Position numbers and translations under genes: made by a program. The notes beneath the pieces are model-generated. The model was not told the DNA's origin and searched no databases. It was given only the letters and a program-made list of their open reading frames with translations. A stretch of 64,000 nt of DNA from Minisyncoccia bacterium (GTDB lineage: Bacteria > Patescibacteriota > Minisyncoccia > Phycocordibacterales > Phycocordibacteraceae), in the NCBI GenBank assembly GCA_038207395.1, contig JBBQZW010000001.1, positions 13,530-77,529 on the forward strand. Reading direction: 5' to 3'. Positions 37,974 to 47,558 of this stretch are shown one piece after another. Each line of letters starts with the position of its first letter. Position 1 is the first letter of the stretch.

Positions 37974-40721
37974 TTATGTAGTCTCCTTATTCTTTTTCCG
38001 TTTCTTTGCTTTTGCAAACAATGTTGCAAGATATTCACCCGTAAATGAACCGTCCGTCTCAGCAACTTCCTCCGGTGTTCCTTTCGCGATAACCTTTCCC
38101 CCCTTAATTCCTCCTTCAGGCCCAAAGTCGATTAAATAATCTGCTGACTTTATGAGATCCAGATTGTGTTCAATAACGACTACCGTGCTTCCACGACGAA
38201 CAAGCTCCTGAAGAATTTCAATGAGTTTTTGAACGTCATCATAGTGAAGTCCTACCGTTGGCTCATCAAGAAGATAGAGGGTCTTCATGGTTGTAGGGCG
38301 GTAGAGTTCAGATGCCACTTTCACACGCTGTGCTTCCCCGCCTGAGAGGGTCGTCGCAGACTGTCCAAGCGTGAGGTACTGAAGACCCGTCGCGTTTAAT
38401 GCTTCAAGTCGGTCATTGATTGCAGGGATATCTTTAAAGAATACTTCTGCTTCTTCAATGGTCATACGAAGAACGTCGTAGATATTCTTTCCTTTATAGG
38501 TAACCTCAAGCGTTTCGCGCATGTAACGGGTTCCATTACAGACATCACAAATAACATAGACCGTTGGAAGAAAGTGCATCTCAACGGCAATCACACCGTT
38601 ACCCTGGCACGTCTCACAGCGTCCACCAGCAACGTTAAAGGAGAAGCGTCCGGGCTTCCAGCCTCGTGCACGTGCCTCGTTCGTCGCCGCAAACAAATCA
38701 CGGATGTGGGTAAACGCGCCTGTGTACGTAGCAGGATTGGAGCGAGGGGTGCGCCCAATAGCTGACTGATCGATAAGGACAACGCGTCCGATGTACTCCG
38801 TGCCGGTTACGCTTGCAGCATTCACCACCTCTGCTTCACGCTTCGCGAGTCGCGCAGCGACGTTCTTATGAAGAACATCGTAGAGGAAGGTTGATTTGCC
38901 CGAACCAGACACACCCGTAATGCCGACTAACTTCCCGAGAGGAATATCAACGTTCTGATTCACCAAGTTATGAAGTGTTGCTCCTTTAATCTTAATTGAT
39001 CCTTTTTCTCCCGTACGGCGTTCTTCAGGTATTTCAATCTCTTTTTCCTCACGAAGATAGGCGAGGGTTGAAGAACCACTTTCATTTTTTGGAGCGGTAA
39101 GAAGATCGTCGAGCCATCCCGCGGCAACGACGTTGCCGCCGTGAGTCCCCGCGCCAGGTCCAATATCAATTAAATAATCTGCAGCATAAATGGTGTCCTC
39201 GTCATGCTCTACCACCAAGATAGTGTTGCCAAGTTCTTTGAGCGTTAAAAGCGTCTTTATGAGACGATCGTTATCCCGCTGGTGTAGGCCAATAGTGGGC
39301 TCATCAAGCACGTAGAGCGCCCCTACGAGCCCGGTACCGAGCTGTGAGGCTAATCGTATGCGCTGTGCTTCTCCTCCTGAAAGCGTGGCTGCTGAGCGGT
39401 TGAGAGTGAGATAATCAAGTCCGACGTTCAGCATGAAGTCCAGGCGCGCGACGATTTCACGAATTATAGGTGCCGCCACTTCTGCACGGAATTCAGAAAG
39501 ATGAAGTCCGTCCATGAAATCTTTAGCGTCACGAATAGACATACTCGTGAAGTCCACGATATTCTTTCCTAGATCTCCACCATACGTGTCCTTAGCTTCC
39601 TTTACCGGACCTTTCTTTTTTGACTCCTTAGTGGCGCCTTCAGCGGGCACCGATTTTAGATACACGCGAAGGGTCTCAGGACGAAGACGTTTTCCATGAC
39701 AGACAGGACACGGTTCGTCAGAGAAAAGAGATTTTGTGCCAAGGCCGTTACAGTTTGGACACGCACCATAGGGACTGTTGAATGAGAAGAGACGTGGTTC
39801 AACTTCAGGGAATGACATACCATCTTCTGGACAGATGAACTTCGAAGAAAGTGTTTCTAAGGTTCCGTCTGCATGACGGATCTTAACGAGCCCGTCAGCC
39901 TCTTTCAGAGCAAGTTCAAGCGCCTCTGACAAGCGTTCACGAGCACCATCGGGATTACGCACAAATTCAGTTACAAAAATAGAGTCGACTATTGCATCAA
40001 TATCGTGGCGCTTGTTTCGATCAAGGGCAATCTTTTCGCGAAGCGAGTGCTCTACACCGTCCACCATCACGCGCTCATATCCTTTACCGAGGAGGTCATA
40101 GAGCATTTGGTAGTATTCGCCTTTTCGCCCCACAACAACTGGCGCAAACACTACCACCTGCGTACGATCAAATTCAACACCCATAACATTCTCTGCCTGT
40201 GCCGTTCCTGTTTTTGCCTGTACACGATTCCATACCATACGAATCATTTCCTCTTTTGAAAGACGAATGATGGGCACGTCATGATTAACACAGTACGGCT
40301 GACCTGCTCGTGCATATAACACGCGAAGGTAGTCATAAATTTCAGTAACTGTCGCAACCGTTGAGCGAGGATTATTAGAACGACTTTTCTGATCTATCGA
40401 AATGGCAGGAGAAAGTCCAGTTATTTCATCTACATCTGGCTTCTGCATCTGATTCAAGAACTGGCGCGCGTACGCCGAAAGTGACTCCACATACCGGCGC
40501 TGCCCCTCGGCGAAAATTGTATCAAAGGCAAGGGAGGACTTTCCGGAACCGGAAAGTCCTGTGAGCACGGTCATAACCCCTCGCGGTAAAGATACCGAAA
40601 GATTTTTTAGGTTATGCGTGCGTGCGCCTTTAACGTGAATCCAGTCTTCGCCGATGTGCTGCTGATGCGCACGGCTTTCCGGATTAGGCGCAGAGTCTGC
40701 TTGGAGTGATTTTTTTGACAT
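37974..40721 (-). CDS. uvrA: Excinuclease ABC subunit A
   Basis: [16 protein letters not shown], two LSGGEAQR. Confidence 0.97.
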   Translation of the reverse strand: MSKKSLQADSAPNPESRAHQQHIGEDWIHVKGARTHNLKNLSVSLPRGVMTVLTGLSGSGKSSLAFDTIFAEGQRRYVESLSAYARQFLNQMQKPDVDEITGLSPAISIDQKSRSNNPRSTVATVTEIYDYLRVLYARAGQPYCVNHDVPIIRLSKEEMIRMVWNRVQAKTGTAQAENVMGVEFDRTQVVVFAPVVVGRKGEYYQMLYDLLGKGYERVMVDGVEHSLREKIALDRNKRHDIDAIVDSIFVTEFVRNPDGARERLSEALELALKEADGLVKIRHADGTLETLSSKFICPEDGMSFPEVEPRLFSFNSPYGACPNCNGLGTKSLFSDEPCPVCHGKRLRPETLRVYLKSVPAEGATKESKKKGPVKEAKDTYGGDLGKNIVDFTSMSIRDAKDFMDGLHLSEFRAEVAAPIIREIVARLDFMLNVGLDYLTLNRSAATLSGGEAQRIRLASQLGTGLVGALYVLDEPTIGLHQRDNDRLIKTLLTLKELGNTILVVEHDEDTIYAADYLIDIGPGAGTHGGNVVAAGWLDDLLTAPKNESGSSTLAYLREEKEIEIPEERRTGEKGSIKIKGATLHNLVNQNVDIPLGKLVGITGVSGSGKSTFLYDVLHKNVAARLAKREAEVVNAASVTGTEYIGRVVLIDQSAIGRTPRSNPATYTGAFTHIRDLFAATNEARARGWKPGRFSFNVAGGRCETCQGNGVIAVEMHFLPTVYVICDVCNGTRYMRETLEVTYKGKNIYDVLRMTIEEAEVFFKDIPAINDRLEALNATGLQYLTLGQSATTLSGGEAQRVKVASELYRPTTMKTLYLLDEPTVGLHYDDVQKLIEILQELVRRGSTVVVIEHNLDLIKSADYLIDFGPEGGIKGGKVIAKGTPEEVAETDGSFTGEYLATLFAKAKKRKKNKETT

Positions 40722-40825
40722 GAAAATAGGTACGACCCTCCTTGTGCGGCCATCACCATTAAGGCAATGGCCTGTCCGAGGCGGGACAGGTACCTATGCA
40801 GTATAGCGGGAATGACGAAGCTCGG

Positions 40826-41206
40826 CTAGACCGGAAGATATTTCTTAACCGTCGTAACAATTTCATCAACATCAACTTCTGCCTTAACAAGGTAGTCATT
40901 TGCTCCAAGTGAAAGCACGCGATCTTTTGCGGTCTGTTCTCCAAGGTTCGAAACTACGACTACTGGCACGGTCTTACCTTCATCGGTGCGAGCCCGCAGC
41001 TCTTCAAGCACTCCAAATCCATCCTTAGATCCAGGAAGGGTAAGATCAAGAAGGATAAGTACTGGTTTAAATTGGCTAAAGAGGGAAAGTGCTTCATCTG
41101 CATTAGCCGCATAGAGTACGTGGTATGAGCCTGACAGAGTATGTCCCAGTAAATTTTTAAGGATTGGGTCGTCTTCGACTACGAGAATACAAGGAAGTTC
41201 GTTCAT
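40826..41206 (-). CDS. Single-domain response regulator
   Basis: VEDD, LLD, DG..VL, GANDYLVK. Confidence 0.9.
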   Translation of the reverse strand: MNELPCILVVEDDPILKNLLGHTLSGSYHVLYAANADEALSLFSQFKPVLILLDLTLPGSKDGFGVLEELRARTDEGKTVPVVVVSNLGEQTAKDRVLSLGANDYLVKAEVDVDEIVTTVKKYLPV

Positions 41207-41271
41207 GAAGAAACTATAGCGCACTGCGAAGCATACGGAAATGCACCCTGGCTATTGCCTTGGTGCTGGCG

Positions 41272-42366
41272 CTAAGCCGTTGGTAGAGACAACGTAAACG
41301 TCGTTCCTGGACCATTTACATTTGCAGCAAAATTTAGATCACCTCCATGATCGGTAGCAATAGTGCGTGAAATGTACAACCCAAGCCCATTCCCTTTGTT
41401 TTCTTTAGCAACAGCATTCTCTGCGCGATAGAAACGCTCAAAGATATTATTTCTATCTTTGGACGTAATACCAATTCCGGTATCACTTACCAGTACCTGT
41501 ACACGTCCACTAAAGGCGTTCATGACAATATGGACGGTACCTCCTGAGGGAGTGTACCGAATAGCATTCTCTATAAGGTTATTGAGTACCCATTTTATTT
41601 GCTGGCGGTCTGCACGGACAAGTGGTAGTGCGGGATCAAACGCATCAACACTAAGCGTTACCTTACTTTCTACTGCCTGGTGATTAAAGTCTCGTACCAC
41701 CATTTCTACAATTTCCTGAAGTTTTACGGATTCAAATACGTATTTATGTTTACCTGACTCAATACTCGAGATATCAAGAAGCATTCCTACAATCCCTACA
41801 AGGTCTCGACTCTTATTCGCAGCATCATCCACAAACGTCTTCTGCATTTCAGTGAGAGGTTCTTTTGCTAGCGCTTCGAGTGCCCAGCGAATACCGGTGA
41901 GAGGAGTTCTAAGTTGATGGGCAGCGGTAGATATAAAGTCCGATTTCACTCGTGACATCTCCATGTCGCGAGTGTGTACCTGTTCAACGCTATTAGTGAA
42001 TTCAACAAATACCGCAGCAAGACGGCGGATTTCAGTAGACGTAAGCGTAAGTGCAGGAAGTGCGGACAAGGTATTTGACGTTGCAAATGTTTCCATCGTC
42101 TTCGTAATCACCTTGATGGGCTGTATGAACAGTCTATCAAGAAGAAGAAATACGAATACAAATACCAGCGCAGTAAGCACAAACAATACTGATCCATATG
42201 CCGTAATAATATCCACCAAAGGAACATCAGCATTTGCTATCTGTATTGTTAGTGGGAGAGCCGCACCGTATTTTGCCCAAAAGATGTAGCCTGTAAAAAA
42301 AATAAAAACAGAGAGCACGAACAATGCGAACAGCAATTGAAGTGCGACAAGTACCCGAAGTCTCAT
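41272..42366 (-). CDS. Membrane sensor histidine kinase
   Basis: 2 TM, HQLRTPL, NLIENAIRY, DTGIG, GNGLGL. Confidence 0.93.
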   Translation of the reverse strand: MRLRVLVALQLLFALFVLSVFIFFTGYIFWAKYGAALPLTIQIANADVPLVDIITAYGSVLFVLTALVFVFVFLLLDRLFIQPIKVITKTMETFATSNTLSALPALTLTSTEIRRLAAVFVEFTNSVEQVHTRDMEMSRVKSDFISTAAHQLRTPLTGIRWALEALAKEPLTEMQKTFVDDAANKSRDLVGIVGMLLDISSIESGKHKYVFESVKLQEIVEMVVRDFNHQAVESKVTLSVDAFDPALPLVRADRQQIKWVLNNLIENAIRYTPSGGTVHIVMNAFSGRVQVLVSDTGIGITSKDRNNIFERFYRAENAVAKENKGNGLGLYISRTIATDHGGDLNFAANVNGPGTTFTLSLPTA

Positions 42367-42405
42367 ACCACTATGCTATCACGAGCAAAACAGTCAGTTC
42401 TGATC

Positions 42406-44523
42406 TTACCGGCCGCGCCGAGGAGAGGATGAAGCTTTTTTTATCCCAGCCCTCGGCTTACGCACCACCTCTTTGCCTTCTAGCCGATATATCTCATCAC
42501 GAAGGATTGCCGCTGTCTCAAAATCTAAGTTCTCTACGGCTTCATTCATTTGTGCACGTTTTTCTTTCATAAAGGTCTTTGGATCTTCTTCGTATAGCTT
42601 TGAATCCAGCTTGAGAAGTTCATGGACCGTCTTATCGTGCTCACTACGCATTGATTCAGCAATATCTTTAATTTCTTTTTTAATAGACATAGGGGTAATG
42701 CCGTGCGCTTCGTTATAGGCAACCTGAATGGCCCGGCGGCGGTTCGTTTCACTAATTGCTCGCGTCATTGAGCCAGTCATGACATCGGCATAGAGAATTA
42801 CGCGTCCAAGAATATTTCGGGCTGCGCGTCCTATCGTTTGAATAAGCGATGTTTCGCTTCGAAGGAAGCCTTCTTTGTCCGCGTCAAGAATTCCCACGAG
42901 TTCCACTTCAGGAAGATCGAGTCCTTCTCGTAGGAGATTAACGCCCACCAGAATATCAAAGGTTCCCCGTCGGAATTCAGTGAGAATTGTAATGCGATCG
43001 ATTGTTTTAATATCACTATGTAAATACTCTGCTTTAATTCCCTTTTCTTTTAGGAACATAGAAAGGTCTTCGGCCATCTGCTTGGTGAGTGTCGTAGCGA
43101 GCGCGCGTCCTCCGCGCTTAATAACTATTTCGGCTTCAGTGATGAAGTCCGCAATCTGGCCACGGTACGCGGCCCCTTCGTCGGATGTTATCGCTCCCCC
43201 TACCCCTACGCCTTCAGCAATAGGACGCACGATAAGCTCAGGGTCAATAAGTCCAGTTGGGCGAATGATTTGTTCAACCACCTGCCCTTTTGGCAAAACA
43301 CTTTTCTCACGCTCATAGTTCCCCGGCGTTGCTGACGTGAAAATCACCTGTCCAATACGTTTTTCAAACTCTTCAAACTTAAGGGGGCGGTTATCACGCG
43401 CTGAAGGAAGACGGAATCCATGTTCAACCAGCACATCCTTTCGAGAACGGTCACCTGCATACATACCTCCAATCTGAGAAACTGTTACGTGTGACTCGTC
43501 GAGAATCGTGAGGAAGTCCGGCGTACCATCTTTTTTATGGGGGAAGTAGGAAAGAAGGGTGTGCGGCGCCTCACCGGGTGCGCGTCCGTCAAAGTGACGA
43601 GAATAATTCTCAATACCTCCGACGAATCCTGTCTCACGAATAAGCGCAATATCATGCTGCGTTCGACGTTTCAAGCGCTCTGCCTCTAAGAGTTTCTCTT
43701 CACGCTTTAGCGTAGCAAGGCGCTCATCAAGTTCAGCTTGAATATCCTCAATAGCGCGAGCACGTTCGTCTTCGTTCGAAACGAAGTGTTTAGCCGGGAA
43801 CACAAACAGTGTTTCAGGTGATGAAGTAAGTGCACGCGAAACAGCATCAAGGCACTCAATACGCGTAATTGAGTCAGCATCAAAGGCGATGCGGTAGATA
43901 ACGCGTTCGTTAACCGGCATCACCTCAAGTGAGTTACCAATAGCGCGAATCTTTCCGGGTTCAAGGTCTGCAGTTGTTCGTTCAAAATAGATACTAATAA
44001 ACTTACGAATGAGTGATGCACGATCTTCCTTTCCACCCACAGCAAGTTTGATATGTACCTTTTCATAATTCTCCGGTGAACCGAGTCCATAGATAGCAGA
44101 TACTGACGCAACAATGATCACATCTTTTCGGGTGAGGAGTGCTTGTGTTGCCGCGTGACGAAGACGATCAATTTCCGCATTGATCTGTGCTTCCTTTTCT
44201 ATATACGTATCAGAATGCGCGATGTACGCCTCTGGCTGGTAGTAGTCATAGTACGAAACAAAGTAATGCACGGCGTTCTCTGGAAAGAATTCCCGGTACT
44301 CCTGCGCGAGCTGTGCGGCCAGCGTCTTATTATGCGCCATAACAAGCGTTGGCTTCTGAATGTTTTGAATCACATTTGCGCCAGTGTACGTCTTACCAGA
44401 ACCCGTCACCCCAAGAAGCGTTTGATAGATAAGACCATCCTTAACGCCTTTGGTTAGGAGTTCAATAGCTTTTGGCTGATCACCAGCTGCGGGAAATGGA
44501 GAATGAATTTTAAAGCCTGACAT
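42406..44523 (-). CDS. uvrB: Excinuclease ABC subunit B
   Basis: GVTGSGKT, YYDYYQPEAY, DESH, GRAARN. Confidence 0.97.
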   Translation of the reverse strand: MSGFKIHSPFPAAGDQPKAIELLTKGVKDGLIYQTLLGVTGSGKTYTGANVIQNIQKPTLVMAHNKTLAAQLAQEYREFFPENAVHYFVSYYDYYQPEAYIAHSDTYIEKEAQINAEIDRLRHAATQALLTRKDVIIVASVSAIYGLGSPENYEKVHIKLAVGGKEDRASLIRKFISIYFERTTADLEPGKIRAIGNSLEVMPVNERVIYRIAFDADSITRIECLDAVSRALTSSPETLFVFPAKHFVSNEDERARAIEDIQAELDERLATLKREEKLLEAERLKRRTQHDIALIRETGFVGGIENYSRHFDGRAPGEAPHTLLSYFPHKKDGTPDFLTILDESHVTVSQIGGMYAGDRSRKDVLVEHGFRLPSARDNRPLKFEEFEKRIGQVIFTSATPGNYEREKSVLPKGQVVEQIIRPTGLIDPELIVRPIAEGVGVGGAITSDEGAAYRGQIADFITEAEIVIKRGGRALATTLTKQMAEDLSMFLKEKGIKAEYLHSDIKTIDRITILTEFRRGTFDILVGVNLLREGLDLPEVELVGILDADKEGFLRSETSLIQTIGRAARNILGRVILYADVMTGSMTRAISETNRRRAIQVAYNEAHGITPMSIKKEIKDIAESMRSEHDKTVHELLKLDSKLYEEDPKTFMKEKRAQMNEAVENLDFETAAILRDEIYRLEGKEVVRKPRAGIKKASSSPRRGR

Positions 44524-44588
44524 AGATATAAGAATAGTGTACCGTGCACACTAAAAGTTCGCATTAAGAGCCCAGTCTGTCTTCGTTT

Positions 44589-45824
44589 CTATCCGTAATA
44601 CGACCGAATGAAGTTTTCACGATATTCGCTAAAGGTGCCTTTCTCTAGTGCCTCACGTGCCCCATCAACAAGCTGAATGATAAAGCCTAGGTTATGCATT
44701 GAGGCAATAGTTTGTCCTAAGAATTCTCCTGAGCGTAAAAGATGCGCAACGTACGCGCGAGTGAATAGCTCAGTGCCCTGAACTGTGGTCTCCGGATCAA
44801 GCGGAGTAAAGTCATCCTTATACTGTTCTTTCTTAAGGTGCACGGGTCCGCGTTTTGTATAGATAGTTCCGTGGCGTCCCAACCGCGTGGCGGCAACACA
44901 GTCAAACAAATCCATTCCTTCAGCAATACCCGTGAGCACGTCTCCCGGCTCACCAATACCTAAAAAGTGCCGTGGCTTATCTTCAGGAAGAAACGGAACC
45001 GCTGCCTGCAGTGCTCCCTGCATATCCTCCTTACTAAACGAGCCACCAATACCAAAGCCATCAAAGCCAAGTGAAGCAATCTCACGCGCACTTTCAGCGC
45101 GCAAATCCGTGTGACGTCCTCCCTGAATAATACCGAATATTGATTGAGTACGTGAAGCCTCAAGGTTCTGACGATGCGCTTTTAATGAGCGATCTGCCCA
45201 TCGGTGCGTACGCTCCATTGCTTCGCGCTGGTAGGCGTACGGCTCCGTAGGAGCCGTACATTCATCAAAGGCGAAGAACATATCTGCGCCGAGCGCATGC
45301 TGAATCTCAACAGAACGCTCAGGGGTAAAGCGGTGGAGCGAACCATCGAGATGAGACGTGAAAGTCACTCCAGCATCATCAATCACGGCAAGCTGTCCGT
45401 GCTGAGACGCAACTTCTTCGTCGAAGACGGTCATGCCTTGATCACGCGGAAGTTCTTCGCCTTTTGCAATCTTTGTTATGGTGCGGCCAAAGGCCGCACC
45501 AAGAGAAAAGACTTGAAACCCTCCTGAATCCGTCATCGTTGGCATGCGCACGCCGTCCTTTGACCAACCCATAAAGTCAGCAAGTCCTCCTCCTTTTTTT
45601 ACAATCTCTTCTCCCGGCTGAAGATACAAATGATACGTATTTGCTAACACGACTTGTGCACCAAGATCCTGAAGCTGAGCAGGAGTAACTCCTTTTACGC
45701 CAGCCTTTGTTCCCACAGGAACAAAGGCTGGCGTCTTAATAACGCCATTGCGGGTAGTAAGTACTCCTGCACGAGCTCGTGACTTTGAATCACGAGCAAC
45801 AATAGAAAATGAGAGCGGGGTCAT
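44589..45824 (-). CDS. tgt: tRNA-guanine transglycosylase
   Basis: TPAFVPVGT, ANTYHL, TDSGGFQVFSL. Confidence 0.93.
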   Translation of the reverse strand: MTPLSFSIVARDSKSRARAGVLTTRNGVIKTPAFVPVGTKAGVKGVTPAQLQDLGAQVVLANTYHLYLQPGEEIVKKGGGLADFMGWSKDGVRMPTMTDSGGFQVFSLGAAFGRTITKIAKGEELPRDQGMTVFDEEVASQHGQLAVIDDAGVTFTSHLDGSLHRFTPERSVEIQHALGADMFFAFDECTAPTEPYAYQREAMERTHRWADRSLKAHRQNLEASRTQSIFGIIQGGRHTDLRAESAREIASLGFDGFGIGGSFSKEDMQGALQAAVPFLPEDKPRHFLGIGEPGDVLTGIAEGMDLFDCVAATRLGRHGTIYTKRGPVHLKKEQYKDDFTPLDPETTVQGTELFTRAYVAHLLRSGEFLGQTIASMHNLGFIIQLVDGAREALEKGTFSEYRENFIRSYYG

Positions 45825-45881
45825 TAAAATAGCCTATAGGTTAGGCATATATTAGGCAAGTATTTAAAGCATAGGTAAACC

Positions 45882-45910
45882 TTGACAAGCATGTCTTACT
45901 CTGCTATAAA
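45882..45910 (+). promoter_or_regulatory. sigma70 promoter TTGACA-17-TATAAA
   Basis: Near-consensus boxes upstream of 45973. Confidence 0.65.
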
Positions 45911-45972
45911 TGTATCAGGTGTGCGATTTTGCACCTTGATTCATTCAAGTTCAATTCTTAAGGAGACGCGTA

Positions 45973-46593
45973 ATGCGTATATCTAAAAGACTCTTCATTG
46001 CCGGCGTTTTTGCTTCAGTGATGACTGCTTCGCCGGCATTTGCCCGCGACAATGACAACAATTTCAAGCCTCAGATGGGGCGGATGTATTTTGTTGTCAG
46101 CGACACTGGCCTGCCAGGTCTCGCAGAAGCACGCCCAATCACGGGCGAGCAGTGGGACCAGCTCGCGTTTGTTGACCGTGGATGCCAGGGCCAGCTCAAG
46201 GCTCAGCGTCCAAGCGGTCTTTCCGAAGTGTTCCACACGGCTCTCGTGGGAGCACTCGGCGGTGGCCTTGGCTACGGCGCCGGTTACGGTGCTTCAGGCC
46301 TCGGCCCCGTCGGAAAGGTTGCCGTTCTCGGTAGCGTTGTCGGCGCAGTCGGTGGCATCGTCGGTGGCATCGATGGTCGTGCTCGCGCAAAGCGGTACGA
46401 CATGGGTCAATGCATGGTGCTCGTTGTGAGCATGCTTCAGCGTCGGGGTTTTCTGACCAACGTCGGCATTCTGATCAACTCCCATGCAGTCAACGGGAAA
46501 GGAATTTCTCGCCCCGACAATGCAGGGATGGCAGACGCCGCACCGACTGCTGCAAGCAGCACAAGTGACACCACGCCAGTAGTTATCCCGTAA
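45973..46593 (+). CDS. Secreted glycine-zipper protein
   Basis: Signal peptide ending AFA, GxxxG tract, AAGGAG SD, own terminator. Confidence 0.7.
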   Translation: MRISKRLFIAGVFASVMTASPAFARDNDNNFKPQMGRMYFVVSDTGLPGLAEARPITGEQWDQLAFVDRGCQGQLKAQRPSGLSEVFHTALVGALGGGLGYGAGYGASGLGPVGKVAVLGSVVGAVGGIVGGIDGRARAKRYDMGQCMVLVVSMLQRRGFLTNVGILINSHAVNGKGISRPDNAGMADAAPTAASSTSDTTPVVIP

Positions 46594-46615
46594 CACGGAT
46601 ACCTGGCACTAACAC

Positions 46616-46653
46616 AAGGGCCGCACGATTTCATCGTGCGGCCCTTTTTCTTT
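46616..46653. terminator. Terminator
   Basis: AAGGGCCGCACGAT-ttc-ATCGTGCGGCCCTT plus T-tract. Confidence 0.8.
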
Positions 46654-46670
46654 AGTACACTTTCTGTGGA

Positions 46671-47219
46671 TTACTTTACGTCGAGAAGTTCAATATCAAA
46701 GATAAGTGTTGCGTTAGCAGGGATTACTCCGCCAACAGCTTGATTTCCGTACGCAAGGTCAGCAGGGATAATAAGTTGTCGCTTTCCTCCAACTTTCATA
46801 CCAGCAACACCAAGGTCCCATCCTTTGATAACTTGTCCTGCACCAAGTGCAAAACTAAATGGCTGACCGTGCTTTGCGCTTGCGTCAAAGACCGTTCCGT
46901 CAGGAAGCATTCCTACATAGTTAACGGTTACCGTTTTACCCGCAACCGCTTCTGCGCCGGTTCCGACTACGATATCTTTTCCGGCAAGCGTCGTTGGCAA
47001 TGGATCTGGAATCTGATTTGGAGCGGATGATGGTTCTTGATTCATAGTAGCTTTTTCAGCAGTCGTTGATGCGATCCCTTCCGTGGTCGTTGCATTTGTT
47101 TGTATGCCGGGAGTACTAAACGGCGCGAAAATGCGTGGACCAAAGAATAAAAGACCTAGGGCAACCACGACCGCAATAGCGACCGCAATACCCGTAGACG
47201 TTACCTGCGTTGTATTCAT
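46671..47219 (-). CDS. FKBP-type peptidyl-prolyl isomerase, membrane-anchored
   Basis: VNYVG.L.DGTVFDAS, GQVIKGWD, IPANATLIFDIELL. Confidence 0.95.
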   Translation of the reverse strand: MNTTQVTSTGIAVAIAVVVALGLLFFGPRIFAPFSTPGIQTNATTTEGIASTTAEKATMNQEPSSAPNQIPDPLPTTLAGKDIVVGTGAEAVAGKTVTVNYVGMLPDGTVFDASAKHGQPFSFALGAGQVIKGWDLGVAGMKVGGKRQLIIPADLAYGNQAVGGVIPANATLIFDIELLDVK

Positions 47220-47228
47220 AGTATTGTA

Positions 47229-47546
47229 TTAATCCTGGCTTTCGCCGGTTGCGGCTAGTATATCATCTTGAAGTTCGTCTACGGTAGCTTCAATAATCTC
47301 GTCAGCGTTAGGCACCCGTTCTTCTATAAATGCCATTACCTGTTCTTCTGTTGGCTCAGTCTCAAGTAATGCATTAAAGGCGTCTCGTGACACATCATCC
47401 ATCTGTTCGATAATCCGGAGCAATGCCGTCTCATACGCAACATCATTTAACTCAGTGAGGAGTTCTTCCTGTTCTTCTATAGGGAGTGCACTCAGGTCCA
47501 TCGCTTTCTCGAGCACTTTTTTAGCTTCAGGGGAAATATCTTTCAT
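47229..47546 (-). CDS. DUF5663-like acidic hypothetical protein
   Basis: L..LP.EEQEELL pattern. Confidence 0.6.
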   Translation of the reverse strand: MKDISPEAKKVLEKAMDLSALPIEEQEELLTELNDVAYETALLRIIEQMDDVSRDAFNALLETEPTEEQVMAFIEERVPNADEIIEATVDELQDDILAATGESQD

Positions 47547-47558
47547 ACGTATGATTAT

